A stretch of 32,000 nt of DNA from Candidatus Electronema halotolerans (GTDB lineage: Bacteria; Desulfobacterota; Desulfobulbia; Desulfobulbales; Desulfobulbaceae), in assembly GCA_942493095.1 (NCBI GenBank), contig OW818675.1, positions 810,001 to 842,000 on the forward strand, written 5' to 3'. A program made the position numbers and the translations under genes. Numbering within the stretch: position 1 is the first letter of the stretch; every line of letters starts with the position of its first letter. Below the pieces are notes generated by a model, which saw nothing but the letters and a program-made list of their open reading frames with translations, was not told the DNA's origin and ran no database searches. Positions 14,634 through 24,470 of the stretch are shown one piece after another.

Positions 14634-15695
14634 ATGAATATATTCTTCAACATAAGCCACCCAGCGCATGTGCATTTTTTTAAAAATGCCATATCAAAAC
14701 TTGAGCAAAACGGGCATAATATCATTGTTGGTGCGCGCAACAAAGAATTCACCATAGAACTGCTCAAAGCATACAATATTCATCATATTATTCTGACTAA
14801 CAAAGGCCAAGGACTGGCAGGACTTGTCAAAGAATTGCTTGTTCAGCAGCTCAAACTATCGAAAATTATAAAGGAACACTCAATAGATATGATGCTGCAA
14901 ATCAGCGGCATCTTCAATGCGCCTGTTGGAAAATGGTACGGCATTCCTACCTTGGCCTTTTCCGACACTGAAAATGATACTTTGGGCAATAAACTTTCTT
15001 TTTCGTTAAGCAGACATGTTCTTTTGCCAACCTGCTTTGATCACCATCGCGGCGGAACTTGGAAAAATCAAATTCTTTATCCGGGCTACCATGAGCTGGC
15101 CTATCTGTCGCCCCGTTATTTTCCTGAAGTAAAATCCGAAAATAAATTTTTGGTCCGTTTTGTTAGCTGGGGCGCAGGCCATGATTTTGGCGAAAAAGGA
15201 CTGACTCTGGCGCAGAAGATTGAGATTGTGAATATTCTCAAGCACTGGGGTGAGGTTTATATTTCCTCAGAAGCACCGCTGCCGGAGAGTCTAACCGAGT
15301 ATGCCTGCACATTTCATCCGGCTGAAGTGCATGATTTTATGAAAGCGTGTACAATGGTGGTGGGAGAATCCGCCACTATGGCTTCCGAGGCTGCTGTTCT
15401 GGGCATACCTGCTGTGTTTATTTCTGACACCGGCAGAGGCTATACGACAGAACAGGACAAAAAATACGGCCTGATCAAGCATTATCAGCGGCATCAATGG
15501 ACAGAAATTGTCGCGACGTTAAAAGAATGGGCAGGGCAAGACTTATCAGCCCAATGGCAGGAAAAACGCCGGAACATGTTGCGGGATAAAATAGAAGTAA
15601 CAGACTGGCTGGTTGATCTGGTTGAGCAATATCCTGACAGCATCCAATCGTCGAAGAACAGAAACTTTGCGAGGTATGCTCTATGTGCGGCATAG
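14634..15695 (+). CDS. DUF354 domain protein (GT-B/epimerase-like fold, glycan biosynthesis context)
   Basis: The N-terminus MNIFFNISHPAHVHFFKNAISKLEQNGHNIIVGARNKEF matches the DUF354 pattern I remember (I..DI..P.HVHFF..ii..L...GHEV). About 350 aa. It overlaps the start of the next gene by 13 nt. Confidence 0.65.
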   Translation: MNIFFNISHPAHVHFFKNAISKLEQNGHNIIVGARNKEFTIELLKAYNIHHIILTNKGQGLAGLVKELLVQQLKLSKIIKEHSIDMMLQISGIFNAPVGKWYGIPTLAFSDTENDTLGNKLSFSLSRHVLLPTCFDHHRGGTWKNQILYPGYHELAYLSPRYFPEVKSENKFLVRFVSWGAGHDFGEKGLTLAQKIEIVNILKHWGEVYISSEAPLPESLTEYACTFHPAEVHDFMKACTMVVGESATMASEAAVLGIPAVFISDTGRGYTTEQDKKYGLIKHYQRHQWTEIVATLKEWAGQDLSAQWQEKRRNMLRDKIEVTDWLVDLVEQYPDSIQSSKNRNFARYALCAA

Positions 15696-17512
15696 CAGGT
15701 ATCTGCCGTCAGGCCGGAATTTCCCAAGCTGATATTAACCAAGTCAAGCAGATGAACACCCTGCAAAAGCATCGGGGGCCTGATGCGGAAGGGCTGTTTT
15801 CTGATTCCTGCGTTGTTCTCGGCCATCGGCGACTGGCCATTATTGATTTGTCAATCGATGGCAAGCAGCCCTTTGCTTCGGATGATGGCCGCTATCAGCT
15901 CGTCTTCAACGGTGAAATCTACAATTACCTTGAGCTGCGGGAGGAATTGAGCCGCCACGGCTGGACATTCAGAACCAAGACAGATACGGAAGTGCTGCTC
16001 AAGGCATATCAGCACTACGGTGAGGAATGTCTGCATCAATTCAACGGCATGTTCGCCTTTGCCATCTACGATACGCAGCAGCAGCGGTTATTTTTGGCAC
16101 GGGATCGGGTCGGGGTCAAACCGCTTTACTATGCTGTTATTGATTCTGCCCTGTATTTCTCTTCTGAGATTAAATCCTTGTGCAGTATTTCGGCAGTCAG
16201 CAGGTCAGTCAATTATCAGGCCCTTTTTGATTACCTTGTCTTTAATCGCACCGATATTTATGACGAAACTTTTTTTCGTGATATAAAGCGCATTCCCAAA
16301 GGCTGCCACGCCTTGTTCGATCAGGATGGACTGCGCATAAGACAATGGTGGAATCCTGAGAAATTTCTCAAGTCAGAAACGGAAGAGCCTGATTCAGAGA
16401 AGATATGCAGAGATATTGAAGAACTTTTTCTTTCATCTGTGCAGCTGAGAATGCGCAGTGATGTTCCGGTCGGTTCTTGTCTCAGCGGCGGGCTGGATTC
16501 CTCGATTATGATCGGTGCGCTGTTTCAGCATTTTGATCTTGGATCGAACTACGCCACTTTCACAGCTTCTTTTCCCGGCCATCCCATTGATGAGACCGGA
16601 TATATTGACAGCCTGAACCGTCAGTATAAATTTCAAAATATCCGCACCTTTCCTGATGCCGACAAGGCATACGACAGTCTGAAAGATTTTATTTATGCCA
16701 ACGATGAGCCAACCACCAATTCCTCTTTTTTTTCCCAGTACGAGGTGATGCGGCTGGCCAAAGAAAACGGTGTGACTGTTTTGTTAGATGGTCAAGGCGG
16801 TGATGAAAGTTTTGCCGGATATCAGTATTTTCAGGGGTTTAATCTGTATGGACTACTGAAGCAAAAAAAAGGAATCCGCTTGACCTCAGAGCTGGCAAGG
16901 AGTATGCTGAGAAAGCAGCATGTGTCTGTGTATCAGACGATACTGTTCCAACTACTGCCGGACCTGCTGAGAAAAAAGGCTCTTCTGAGGATGCTGCCGT
17001 ATATTGAGCAAGAGTTTTTTCACGAATATATAAATCACAGCAGAATATACAAAGAGTTTTTCAATGTCAGCGGACTGAACCAGAGTCTGGTGCGTCATTT
17101 TCAGTATAAACTTGAGCATCTGCTGCGGATGGAAGATCGCAATTCGATGGCCTTCTCGTTGGAAGCCAGAGTGCCGTATCTTGATTATCGTTTGGTTGAA
17201 TATATCTTGGGACTGCCTGAAAACCTGAAAATACAGAACGGGGAAACTAAGTATTTGCAAAAAAAAGCGTTGGGGAAATATACAATTCCTGAGATTCTCC
17301 AGCGAACTGACAAAATTGGCTTCGGGACTCCTGGCGACGAGTGGATGCTGACAGATAAATGGCGGCAGCTTACCAAAAAAAATTATTCTGATTTATCAGA
17401 GACATTTCCAAACATCTTTAAACAAAATGCGCCGTTACCGAAAAAAGGATTTGATCGTTGGAAGATCAATCAACTGTGTACATGGAAAAATATTTTTCAA
17501 GTGAATAGCTGA
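15683..17512 (+). CDS. asnB: Asparagine synthase (glutamine-hydrolysing) family amidotransferase
   Basis: It has the MCGIAG N-terminal nucleophile, RGPD, the LVFNGEIYNY GATase-II blocks and the SGGLDSS PP-loop. In glycan loci such enzymes usually amidate sugar carboxylates rather than make Asn. Confidence 0.88.
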   Translation: MCGIAGICRQAGISQADINQVKQMNTLQKHRGPDAEGLFSDSCVVLGHRRLAIIDLSIDGKQPFASDDGRYQLVFNGEIYNYLELREELSRHGWTFRTKTDTEVLLKAYQHYGEECLHQFNGMFAFAIYDTQQQRLFLARDRVGVKPLYYAVIDSALYFSSEIKSLCSISAVSRSVNYQALFDYLVFNRTDIYDETFFRDIKRIPKGCHALFDQDGLRIRQWWNPEKFLKSETEEPDSEKICRDIEELFLSSVQLRMRSDVPVGSCLSGGLDSSIMIGALFQHFDLGSNYATFTASFPGHPIDETGYIDSLNRQYKFQNIRTFPDADKAYDSLKDFIYANDEPTTNSSFFSQYEVMRLAKENGVTVLLDGQGGDESFAGYQYFQGFNLYGLLKQKKGIRLTSELARSMLRKQHVSVYQTILFQLLPDLLRKKALLRMLPYIEQEFFHEYINHSRIYKEFFNVSGLNQSLVRHFQYKLEHLLRMEDRNSMAFSLEARVPYLDYRLVEYILGLPENLKIQNGETKYLQKKALGKYTIPEILQRTDKIGFGTPGDEWMLTDKWRQLTKKNYSDLSETFPNIFKQNAPLPKKGFDRWKINQLCTWKNIFQVNS

Positions 17513-17521
17513 ACAAGTGCT

Positions 17522-18697
17522 GTGGAATATAAGATAAATAATATATTGACAGATGTTTTGTCTGCTGCTGAATCTCAGGACTACAGCGGATACAGCAAGT
17601 TTGACGCACTCAACAGTCCTGTTTTGAAAAAATTAACGTTTAATAATAAATGGCTGCGATTTTTTTTTACGCAACTTGTCAAAGAGCTGCCCATTAATAT
17701 CAGGCCGTTGCTGCATGTTAAAAAGTCCAAGAATCCAAAAGGAATAGCGTTATTTGCCCGTGCGTATTTTTTTCTCTATCAGCTCACCAATGACACAGAT
17801 TACTTAGAAAAAGGAGAAGCTCTTCTGCAATGGCTGTTGGAACATCCCAGTGCGGACTGCCGGAATCTATGCTGGGGATATAATTTTATCTGGCAAAATA
17901 CGATTTTTCTTCAGGACGAATTTGAACCCAATGCGGTTGTCTCTGTTTTTGTCGGCGAAGCTCTGATGCATGCCTATCGTCTGACAAAAAAAGAACAATA
18001 TCTCAAGGCGGTCTGTTCCGTTACTGATTTCATCGTCAATGACCTGCCGGTTCTTCATGATTCGGAAGATGAACGTGCTATAGCCTATGTTCTGCGTAAA
18101 GTTGATGCCATTGTCCTGAATAATCAAGTTCTGACAGGCACTTTTCTGATAAAGGTCTGGAAAGAAACAGGGGATGAAGAGTTAAAAGAGATTGCTCGCC
18201 GCCAATTCAATTATACAGTAAACCGCCGGACAGAGTATTATGCGTGGTATTACACCTATCCGCACGGAAAGTCGCATATTACGCATGACAATTATCATAC
18301 AGGCGGAATCTTGGACGCTCTGCTTGAATATTACGAAGAAACAAATGATGACAGATATATGCAGGTATATTGGCAAGGATTGAAGTATTATAAAGAGCAT
18401 TTATTTGAGTTGGACGGTGCGCCGCGCTGGATGAATAATAAAAAATATCCTTTTGACATACATGGTTCAGCTCAGGGCATTATATCATTTGCAAAGGCAG
18501 CCCGGCATGATGCCAGCTTAATGGCTCAGGCAAAGCTGATTGCCGATTGGACACTTGCCCATTTATACCGTCCAGAGTCGCATGATTTCGCCTATCGCCA
18601 AGGGCGTTATCTGAAATGGAATTATTCCTTGATGCGCTGGTGCAATGCGTGGATGGCAAGAGCGTTAGGGGAGTTGGAATATGCTGCTGGGGCGTGA
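17522..18697 (+). CDS. Hypothetical protein, probably an (alpha/alpha)6-barrel, weakly glucuronyl-C5-epimerase-like
   Basis: 391 aa with a GTG start. It has repeated helical W/Y-rich segments and a block DIHGSAQGIISFAKAA reminiscent of the C5-epimerase C-terminal family. This is a weak, memory-based call. Confidence 0.4.
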   Translation: MEYKINNILTDVLSAAESQDYSGYSKFDALNSPVLKKLTFNNKWLRFFFTQLVKELPINIRPLLHVKKSKNPKGIALFARAYFFLYQLTNDTDYLEKGEALLQWLLEHPSADCRNLCWGYNFIWQNTIFLQDEFEPNAVVSVFVGEALMHAYRLTKKEQYLKAVCSVTDFIVNDLPVLHDSEDERAIAYVLRKVDAIVLNNQVLTGTFLIKVWKETGDEELKEIARRQFNYTVNRRTEYYAWYYTYPHGKSHITHDNYHTGGILDALLEYYEETNDDRYMQVYWQGLKYYKEHLFELDGAPRWMNNKKYPFDIHGSAQGIISFAKAARHDASLMAQAKLIADWTLAHLYRPESHDFAYRQGRYLKWNYSLMRWCNAWMARALGELEYAAGA

Positions 18698-19466
18698 GCA
18701 AAGACACCATCCGGGCTATTCTTTGCCAGAAAGGATATACATTGCCCTTTTCGGAATGCCCATCATCGGACTGCGCATTCGCGGCAGAAATGTCTTTCAC
18801 CTGATTCCGAAGGATAGAAAATATCACCATATTTTGGATGCCGGTTCAGGGCCGGGAGTCTTTTCCTTTGAACTTGCCCGCCGCTTCCCTGATTCCAAGA
18901 TACTGGGCGTTGATCTGTTAAGCGAATCCATTGCCGCCTGTCAGCATATTGCTGAAAAGACAAATATAACGAATGTGGAGTTCCGGCAGACATCTCTTGA
19001 GCATATAACGGATAAGAACACGTTTGATCTTATTGTCTGTGTCGATATAATGGAGCATATACAGGATGACCTTCGTGCTCTGCAATGTTTGCATGAGGTT
19101 GCGGCTCCGGGCGGAGTGCTGGTGCTGCATGTTCCGGCATTATATCGGCGGTATCCGGTCTGCAAGAAAAGTCTGAATTTTGATGTTGAAACCCATGTCA
19201 GAACAGGTTATGAGCCGCATGAGATTGAAGCAAAAGTGAAACAGGCTGGTTTTTCCATCCGGGAAAGCGGATTCACCTATGGCTTTTGGGAAACATTGGC
19301 AAACAATCTTAGCTATATGATCACCCGCGCCCGAATGCAAAATAAGAAAATTTATGCCTTGGCTTTCCCTTTCTTGCACTTGATATCTCTGCTTGGATAC
19401 AGAGCACGGCCTGCCTCGCTTGGTGCAGGAGTTTTTGTTATTGCGGAAAAAAAGAGTGAATCATGA
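18681..19466 (+). CDS. Class I SAM-dependent methyltransferase
   Basis: Motif I is ILDAGSGPGVFSFELARRF, followed by ILGVDL and DLIVCVDIMEHI. The start is uncertain: 18681 overlaps the upstream gene by 17 nt, and 18756 is an alternative. Confidence 0.8.
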   Translation: MLLGREQRHHPGYSLPERIYIALFGMPIIGLRIRGRNVFHLIPKDRKYHHILDAGSGPGVFSFELARRFPDSKILGVDLLSESIAACQHIAEKTNITNVEFRQTSLEHITDKNTFDLIVCVDIMEHIQDDLRALQCLHEVAAPGGVLVLHVPALYRRYPVCKKSLNFDVETHVRTGYEPHEIEAKVKQAGFSIRESGFTYGFWETLANNLSYMITRARMQNKKIYALAFPFLHLISLLGYRARPASLGAGVFVIAEKKSES

Positions 19467-21631
19467 GACAAGTTGTCCAAAATTTTAAAACCGGTGTTGT
19501 CAGCGTTGAGGACGTGCCAAAGCCCATGTTGCGTCCGGGTTGTGTGCTGGTGAGAAACAGAGCTTCGCTGATCAGCGCAGGAACTGAAGCGGGGACTGTC
19601 AAGCTCGGCAAGATGAGCATGTTGGGCAAGGCGCGGGCACGTCCTGAGCAGGTGGCCAAGGTCTTGCAGGCATTGAAAACTGAAGGAATCGTGGGAACAG
19701 TCAATGCTGTCAATCGATCCCTTGATCTGCCTGTTCCATTGGGATATTCCTGCGCCGGGGTGGTTGAGAGCGCAGCGGAGGACATTAACGACCTACATGT
19801 GGGAACAAGGGTGGCCTGCGGCGGTGGCGGGATGGCAACGCATTCCGATTATGTGGTGATTCCCCGCAACCTCTGCGTCCCGATTCCTGAAAATGTCACC
19901 TTCCAGCAGGCTGCCTTCACCACGGTCGGGGCCATTGCCATGCAGGGTATCCGCATCGCCGACACCAAACTGGGCGAAAATGTGGTTGTGATCGGTCTCG
20001 GCTTGGTAGGACTGCTGACCGTGGAAATCCTCAAAGCCGGTGGCTGTCGTGTTTTCGGCATTGATGTCAATCCGCAGCGGGTGGCTTGGGTCAACGAGAA
20101 CGGCATCTGCCAAGCCTGTGTCCGCAATGCCGCCAGTCTTATTGACGCAGTGCTTGAATTCAGCGGCGGATACGGGGCAGACGCTGTCATCATTGCCGCC
20201 GCAGCAAACAGCAACGATCCAGTGGCATTGGCCGGAGAGCTTGTCCGGTATAAAGGCAGAGTGGTGGTTGTAGGCCGCACAGTCATGGATGCCCCGCGTG
20301 AGACCTATCTCTTTAAGGAGCTGGAATTATGCACTTCTTATGCGTATGGCCCGGGAACAGGTGATGCCAGTTACGAAGTGCAGGGATATGACTATCCCAT
20401 TGGCTATGTGCGCTGGACCGAAAATCGCAACATGGCCTGTTTTTTGGACTTGCAGAAGGAAAACAGAATCAGCTTGGAACAGTTAGTCAGCAATACGTTC
20501 TCTGTGGACGCTGCTCCGGCTGCCTTTGAGGAGCTGACCAAATCGGGCAACCAGAGCATCGGTTTGATTCTGGAATATGAAAATGAGCAGAAAGCTGATC
20601 GGAAAGCACCTGTTGCAGATCATGATAAGGAGGACAGCAACAGGCATCACCGGCCAAGCCTTGCACACCAAGGTAAAATTCGCGTTGGAATTATCGGAGC
20701 AGGCAGTTTTGCCACAAATGTTATTGTTCCATTGCTGGCTAAACGCAATGATATTGCAATCCAAGCAATAGTCTCTGCTAATGGTCTGAAAGCTGCTGCT
20801 TTGGCAAAAAAATATCATATTCCTCAATATGATTCGGATGCAAAGGTCATTCTTGATGCTGACGATATAGATGCTGTTTTCATTTTGACACGCCACGGCA
20901 CACATGCGCCATTTACCCAACGCGCTTTGTTGAACAATAAGCATGTATTTGTGGAAAAGCCCTTGGCTCTCAACGAGCAAGAGTTGGATGCTGTAGTTTC
21001 GGCGCAGAAAACAAGCGGCAAAGTGCTGATGGTTGGGTTCAACCGGCGTTTTTCTCCTTTGGCGCAGAAAATGAAGACGTTTTTTGTGGACCGCTGCCAG
21101 CCGATGATTATCAGTTTCCGTGGCAATGTCGGTTATCGTCCCCCGGAGCATTGGCTGCACGACCCGGTTGACGGCGGCGGCGTTATACTCGGTGAAGCCT
21201 GCCACTATATTGATTTTTGCAGATGGCTGACAGGTTCTCCCATTATCGAAGCAAGCTCCAGATATATAGGAGAAAGCAACACGAAAATCATCCGTGAGGA
21301 TAATGTTGAAATAGCTCTTCGTTTTGAAGACGGTTCTATCGCCAACATATTGTACATATCCAACGGTGCCAGAGGATATTGCCGCGAGTCTTGCGAAGTG
21401 CATTCTGAGTCCAGATCAGCTGTCTGGAAAGATTTTAGGTATGTACAATTAGTGAATGATTTAAAGTTGCCAAAAATCCATCGCAGCTTCTTGTTTCATG
21501 AAAAAGGGTATAAAGAAGAGCTGGATGTTTTTTTTGGAGCCGTGCAGGGAGAAATTGAGATGAAATGGTTAAAAGAACAGATAGATGCATCACAAATGAG
21601 CATTAAAACTGCAATTAATTTTAAGAATTAA
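19463..21631 (+). CDS. Bi-domain oxidoreductase (MDR/zinc-type alcohol dehydrogenase fused to Gfo/Idh/MocA)
   Basis: The N-terminal half is MDR-like with a Rossmann motif VVVIGLGLVGLL. The C-terminal half begins IRVGIIGAGSFATN and contains the Gfo/Idh/MocA-type VFVEKPLAL block. Its ATG overlaps the upstream stop (ATGA). Confidence 0.85.
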   Translation: MRQVVQNFKTGVVSVEDVPKPMLRPGCVLVRNRASLISAGTEAGTVKLGKMSMLGKARARPEQVAKVLQALKTEGIVGTVNAVNRSLDLPVPLGYSCAGVVESAAEDINDLHVGTRVACGGGGMATHSDYVVIPRNLCVPIPENVTFQQAAFTTVGAIAMQGIRIADTKLGENVVVIGLGLVGLLTVEILKAGGCRVFGIDVNPQRVAWVNENGICQACVRNAASLIDAVLEFSGGYGADAVIIAAAANSNDPVALAGELVRYKGRVVVVGRTVMDAPRETYLFKELELCTSYAYGPGTGDASYEVQGYDYPIGYVRWTENRNMACFLDLQKENRISLEQLVSNTFSVDAAPAAFEELTKSGNQSIGLILEYENEQKADRKAPVADHDKEDSNRHHRPSLAHQGKIRVGIIGAGSFATNVIVPLLAKRNDIAIQAIVSANGLKAAALAKKYHIPQYDSDAKVILDADDIDAVFILTRHGTHAPFTQRALLNNKHVFVEKPLALNEQELDAVVSAQKTSGKVLMVGFNRRFSPLAQKMKTFFVDRCQPMIISFRGNVGYRPPEHWLHDPVDGGGVILGEACHYIDFCRWLTGSPIIEASSRYIGESNTKIIREDNVEIALRFEDGSIANILYISNGARGYCRESCEVHSESRSAVWKDFRYVQLVNDLKLPKIHRSFLFHEKGYKEELDVFFGAVQGEIEMKWLKEQIDASQMSIKTAINFKN

Positions 21632-21633
21632 TC

Positions 21634-22767
21634 GTGAATATAGGAATCGAAATTACAAAAGCCCATCATAAAGACGGGGGATTTGGAGTATATCCAAGAA
21701 AGCTGATTAAAAATCTTCTTGAAATAGATAAAAATAATCAATATATTGTTTTTACGTCTAAATTTCTTGATGAGTTAGATGGATTTTCTAATTGCCGTCA
21801 AATATTAGTTCCTTCTTCAGATGGAATAGTTAATTTCTTGAAGTTATATTTCAATTTTAAAAAAATTATAGAAAAATATGATATAGATATCCTGCATCTG
21901 TTAAGCTTGTATGGTATACGTAAAGCACCAAGGTTGACGATATCAACAGTATTTGATCTTCGGCACTTGGCTGTTTCCGGACTAAATGAACGAAAATTCG
22001 GAAAAATCATATATAAATATTGGCTTCCTTATTTACTCAAGCATTCTTGTCATTTTATTGCGATTTCTGAAGAAACGAAGAAAACGATGAAGATGCACTT
22101 TGGTATTTCTGACGACAGGATAACTGTTACGCGTTTGGGACATGAAATATATTTGCCAGATAAATCAGAGGAAATGGCAACAAGGATTTCAGGGAAATAT
22201 TTTATGTGGGTAGGTATGATAACAAAGAGAAAAAATCTTGAAGTTCTATACAGGGCTTTTGCTCAATTTATAGCTTGTCATCCAAAATACAAACTTGTTA
22301 TTGCAGGAAAATTTTTAAACTCTATAGTTGAAGGTAGTCACAAAAAATTAATTCATAATTTAAATATAAAAAGCAGTATCATTTTTACCGGTTACGTTCC
22401 AGATTCTGAACTATACACTTTATACAAAAATTCCGCAGCATTTATATTTCCTTCAATATATGAAGGGTTTGGCATTCCGATAATAGAAGCAATGGCTTTA
22501 GGCACACCAGTGATTACAACTGTTGATGGTGGAGCTACAAAAGAAGTAGCAGGAAATGCCGCTTTATTTTTTAAAAGATATGATGCTGATGAACTTGCAG
22601 AAAGAATGAAAGAAATTATATCTAATGAAACGCTTAGAGACCTGTTAGTAAATAAAGGAAAACAACGAGCTGAATTTTTTTCATGGAAAAAGACAGCAGA
22701 AGTGACTCTTGATGTCTATCGAAAATTGACAACGAGCAATAACAATGATAGTGCATTTTGCTCTTGA
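21634..22767 (+). CDS. Glycosyltransferase family 4 (GT-B, retaining)
   Basis: The C-terminal EX7E-region block is FIFPSIYEGFGIPIIEAMALGTPVITT. 377 aa, with a GTG start 2 nt after the upstream stop. Confidence 0.85.
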   Translation: MNIGIEITKAHHKDGGFGVYPRKLIKNLLEIDKNNQYIVFTSKFLDELDGFSNCRQILVPSSDGIVNFLKLYFNFKKIIEKYDIDILHLLSLYGIRKAPRLTISTVFDLRHLAVSGLNERKFGKIIYKYWLPYLLKHSCHFIAISEETKKTMKMHFGISDDRITVTRLGHEIYLPDKSEEMATRISGKYFMWVGMITKRKNLEVLYRAFAQFIACHPKYKLVIAGKFLNSIVEGSHKKLIHNLNIKSSIIFTGYVPDSELYTLYKNSAAFIFPSIYEGFGIPIIEAMALGTPVITTVDGGATKEVAGNAALFFKRYDADELAERMKEIISNETLRDLLVNKGKQRAEFFSWKKTAEVTLDVYRKLTTSNNNDSAFCS

Positions 22768-22797
22768 GCGGCTTAAAAAAACTACATTGATAACACT

Positions 22798-23475
22798 ATG
22801 AAATTCAATAAGGAGTATTATAAGTCCTATTTAGATATAAACGTTTTTCGTAAGATAGGTAGACGTTTTTTCACCCCTAAAGTATTCGCATTATTTAAAG
22901 TTATTCGGAGTCTCGCACCTGAAGCGAAAGTGCTTGATGTTGGGGCTGGAACTGGAGGTTTTCTTGAGATTATTGAACAGGCCAACCAAAAAATAAAAAC
23001 TTTTGGGATAGACATAGGAAACCCTCCCGTATTTATGAGCAAAGGATTTTTTATTCGAGGTGACATACTCAATTTGCCATTTCAAGATAATTCTTTTGAT
23101 TTAGTGACATGCTCGCATGTGATTGAGCATATTACAGATCCTTTTAATGCGATTGCTGAATTAAAAAGAATATGCAAGCCTGATGGATATATTTATGTTG
23201 AAGTGCCTTCTCATCGATCAGCTTTAATGCCTATTGGTGTCAACTTTTGGGACGATCCAACGCATATTCGTCCATATACTCGTATTTCTTTAAGGAAATT
23301 GTTTGAAATACAAGAGCTGAAAATCATTAAAGACGGGGTTAAGCGATCTTTATCTGGAATTTTTTTTGGCTTTCCCTATATGATAATAGGAAAAATTTTA
23401 AAAGATCCCTTATCAAGGGTAATATTTCCAATATATTTTTTTGGGCTATCTGTATATATTTTAGGAAAAAAATAG
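22798..23475 (+). CDS. Class I SAM-dependent methyltransferase
   Basis: Motif I is VLDVGAGTGGFLE, followed by FDLVTCSHVIEHI and PDGYIYVEVP. Confidence 0.8.
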   Translation: MKFNKEYYKSYLDINVFRKIGRRFFTPKVFALFKVIRSLAPEAKVLDVGAGTGGFLEIIEQANQKIKTFGIDIGNPPVFMSKGFFIRGDILNLPFQDNSFDLVTCSHVIEHITDPFNAIAELKRICKPDGYIYVEVPSHRSALMPIGVNFWDDPTHIRPYTRISLRKLFEIQELKIIKDGVKRSLSGIFFGFPYMIIGKILKDPLSRVIFPIYFFGLSVYILGKK

Positions 23476-23479
23476 ATAT

Positions 23480-24439
23480 ATGACTAACACTTTTCATTTT
23501 ATTAAAAAAAACAAAAAAATCATACAGTCTTTTTCTGGAGCCATCTTAATAGGAATTGTTATATGGCAGTCTAATCCTGAAAAACTTTACAACCAAATAT
23601 TTGATGTTCCACTTTATTATTTAATTCCATGTTTCTTACTATATTACTTACTGGTTACTTTAACATGGGCAGTAGGCATATACTTTCTATTAATAAGAAT
23701 TAAGAAGGATACTTTTTGGAAAATAATTAAGTCCTCTTTTAAATTACAAGTTATTGCAGCTATTACACCAGGACGTTTAGGGGATATAGGACTTTTATAT
23801 TACCTTAAAGGAGAATATACTTCAGGCCAGCTTGGTGCAATATTTTTTATTGACAAATTAATAACACTTGGAATTAATATTGTAATATCAATTATTGGAT
23901 TTGGAATTCTTTTATCTTGGAAGTACGCTGTCGTAATATCATTTTTTTTGATAGCTATATTCTCTTTGCTAATATGTTTTTTGTTTAAGTTTCCTCAAAA
24001 ATTTATCAACTGGGGAATTTTTAAAAATATAATCGTATATCTTCAGGGTTTTCGAGTTGAGTTAAATGCTACGGCGAGAGACATAAAAGGTATAGCAGGA
24101 AATGTAGTCCTGACTCTCGTTCGCTACATTCTTGCTGGAGGCTGTATGCTCTTAGCTCTACTATGGTTTGGACAACATGTTACGTTAATCAACGTTATTC
24201 TGATTCAGGCAGTTGCGCAACTTGCTACTTTTATCCCCTTAACAACTATGGGCCTGGGAGTTACAGAAGCTGTCTGTATCTCTCTTTTTATAACCATAGG
24301 TGTTTCTTCTGAAATGACTTTAGCCGCACTTTTATGGTCCAGAGCAATTTACCTGATGTTTATTGCAGGTATTTATTTATTATGGACAGGAATGCCTGTA
24401 TATTATAAGGTTTTTAAGAAAATAACACCTGCTGAATAG
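23480..24439 (+). CDS. UPF0104 / lysylphosphatidylglycerol-synthase-TM-region (flippase-like) membrane protein
   Basis: 319 aa and polytopic. It has the conserved-looking loops TPGRLGDIGL and IPLTTMGLGVTEAV (the P..GlGv.E pattern of UPF0104). Confidence 0.6.
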   Translation: MTNTFHFIKKNKKIIQSFSGAILIGIVIWQSNPEKLYNQIFDVPLYYLIPCFLLYYLLVTLTWAVGIYFLLIRIKKDTFWKIIKSSFKLQVIAAITPGRLGDIGLLYYLKGEYTSGQLGAIFFIDKLITLGINIVISIIGFGILLSWKYAVVISFFLIAIFSLLICFLFKFPQKFINWGIFKNIIVYLQGFRVELNATARDIKGIAGNVVLTLVRYILAGGCMLLALLWFGQHVTLINVILIQAVAQLATFIPLTTMGLGVTEAVCISLFITIGVSSEMTLAALLWSRAIYLMFIAGIYLLWTGMPVYYKVFKKITPAE

Positions 24440-24470
24440 AAAGAAAATTGTCATTTACTCTAACATTGAT

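Noticed and set aside
14418-14776. Small minus-strand ORFs (85 aa and 63 aa) in and around the pilin-2/DUF354 intergenic region
   Set aside because: They are AT-rich and overlap the well-supported DUF354 start. They have no RBS or family signal. A TATAAT at 14568-14573 may be a -10 box for the DUF354 operon, but its -35 region is poor, so I did not list it as a feature.
9650-24470. Whether the AT-rich island is a mobile element, prophage or integrative island
   Set aside because: I found no integrase, transposase, tRNA attachment site, phage gene or flanking direct repeat at the composition boundaries. It looks like a glycan-locus-type compositional island rather than a demonstrable mobile element, though horizontal origin remains possible.
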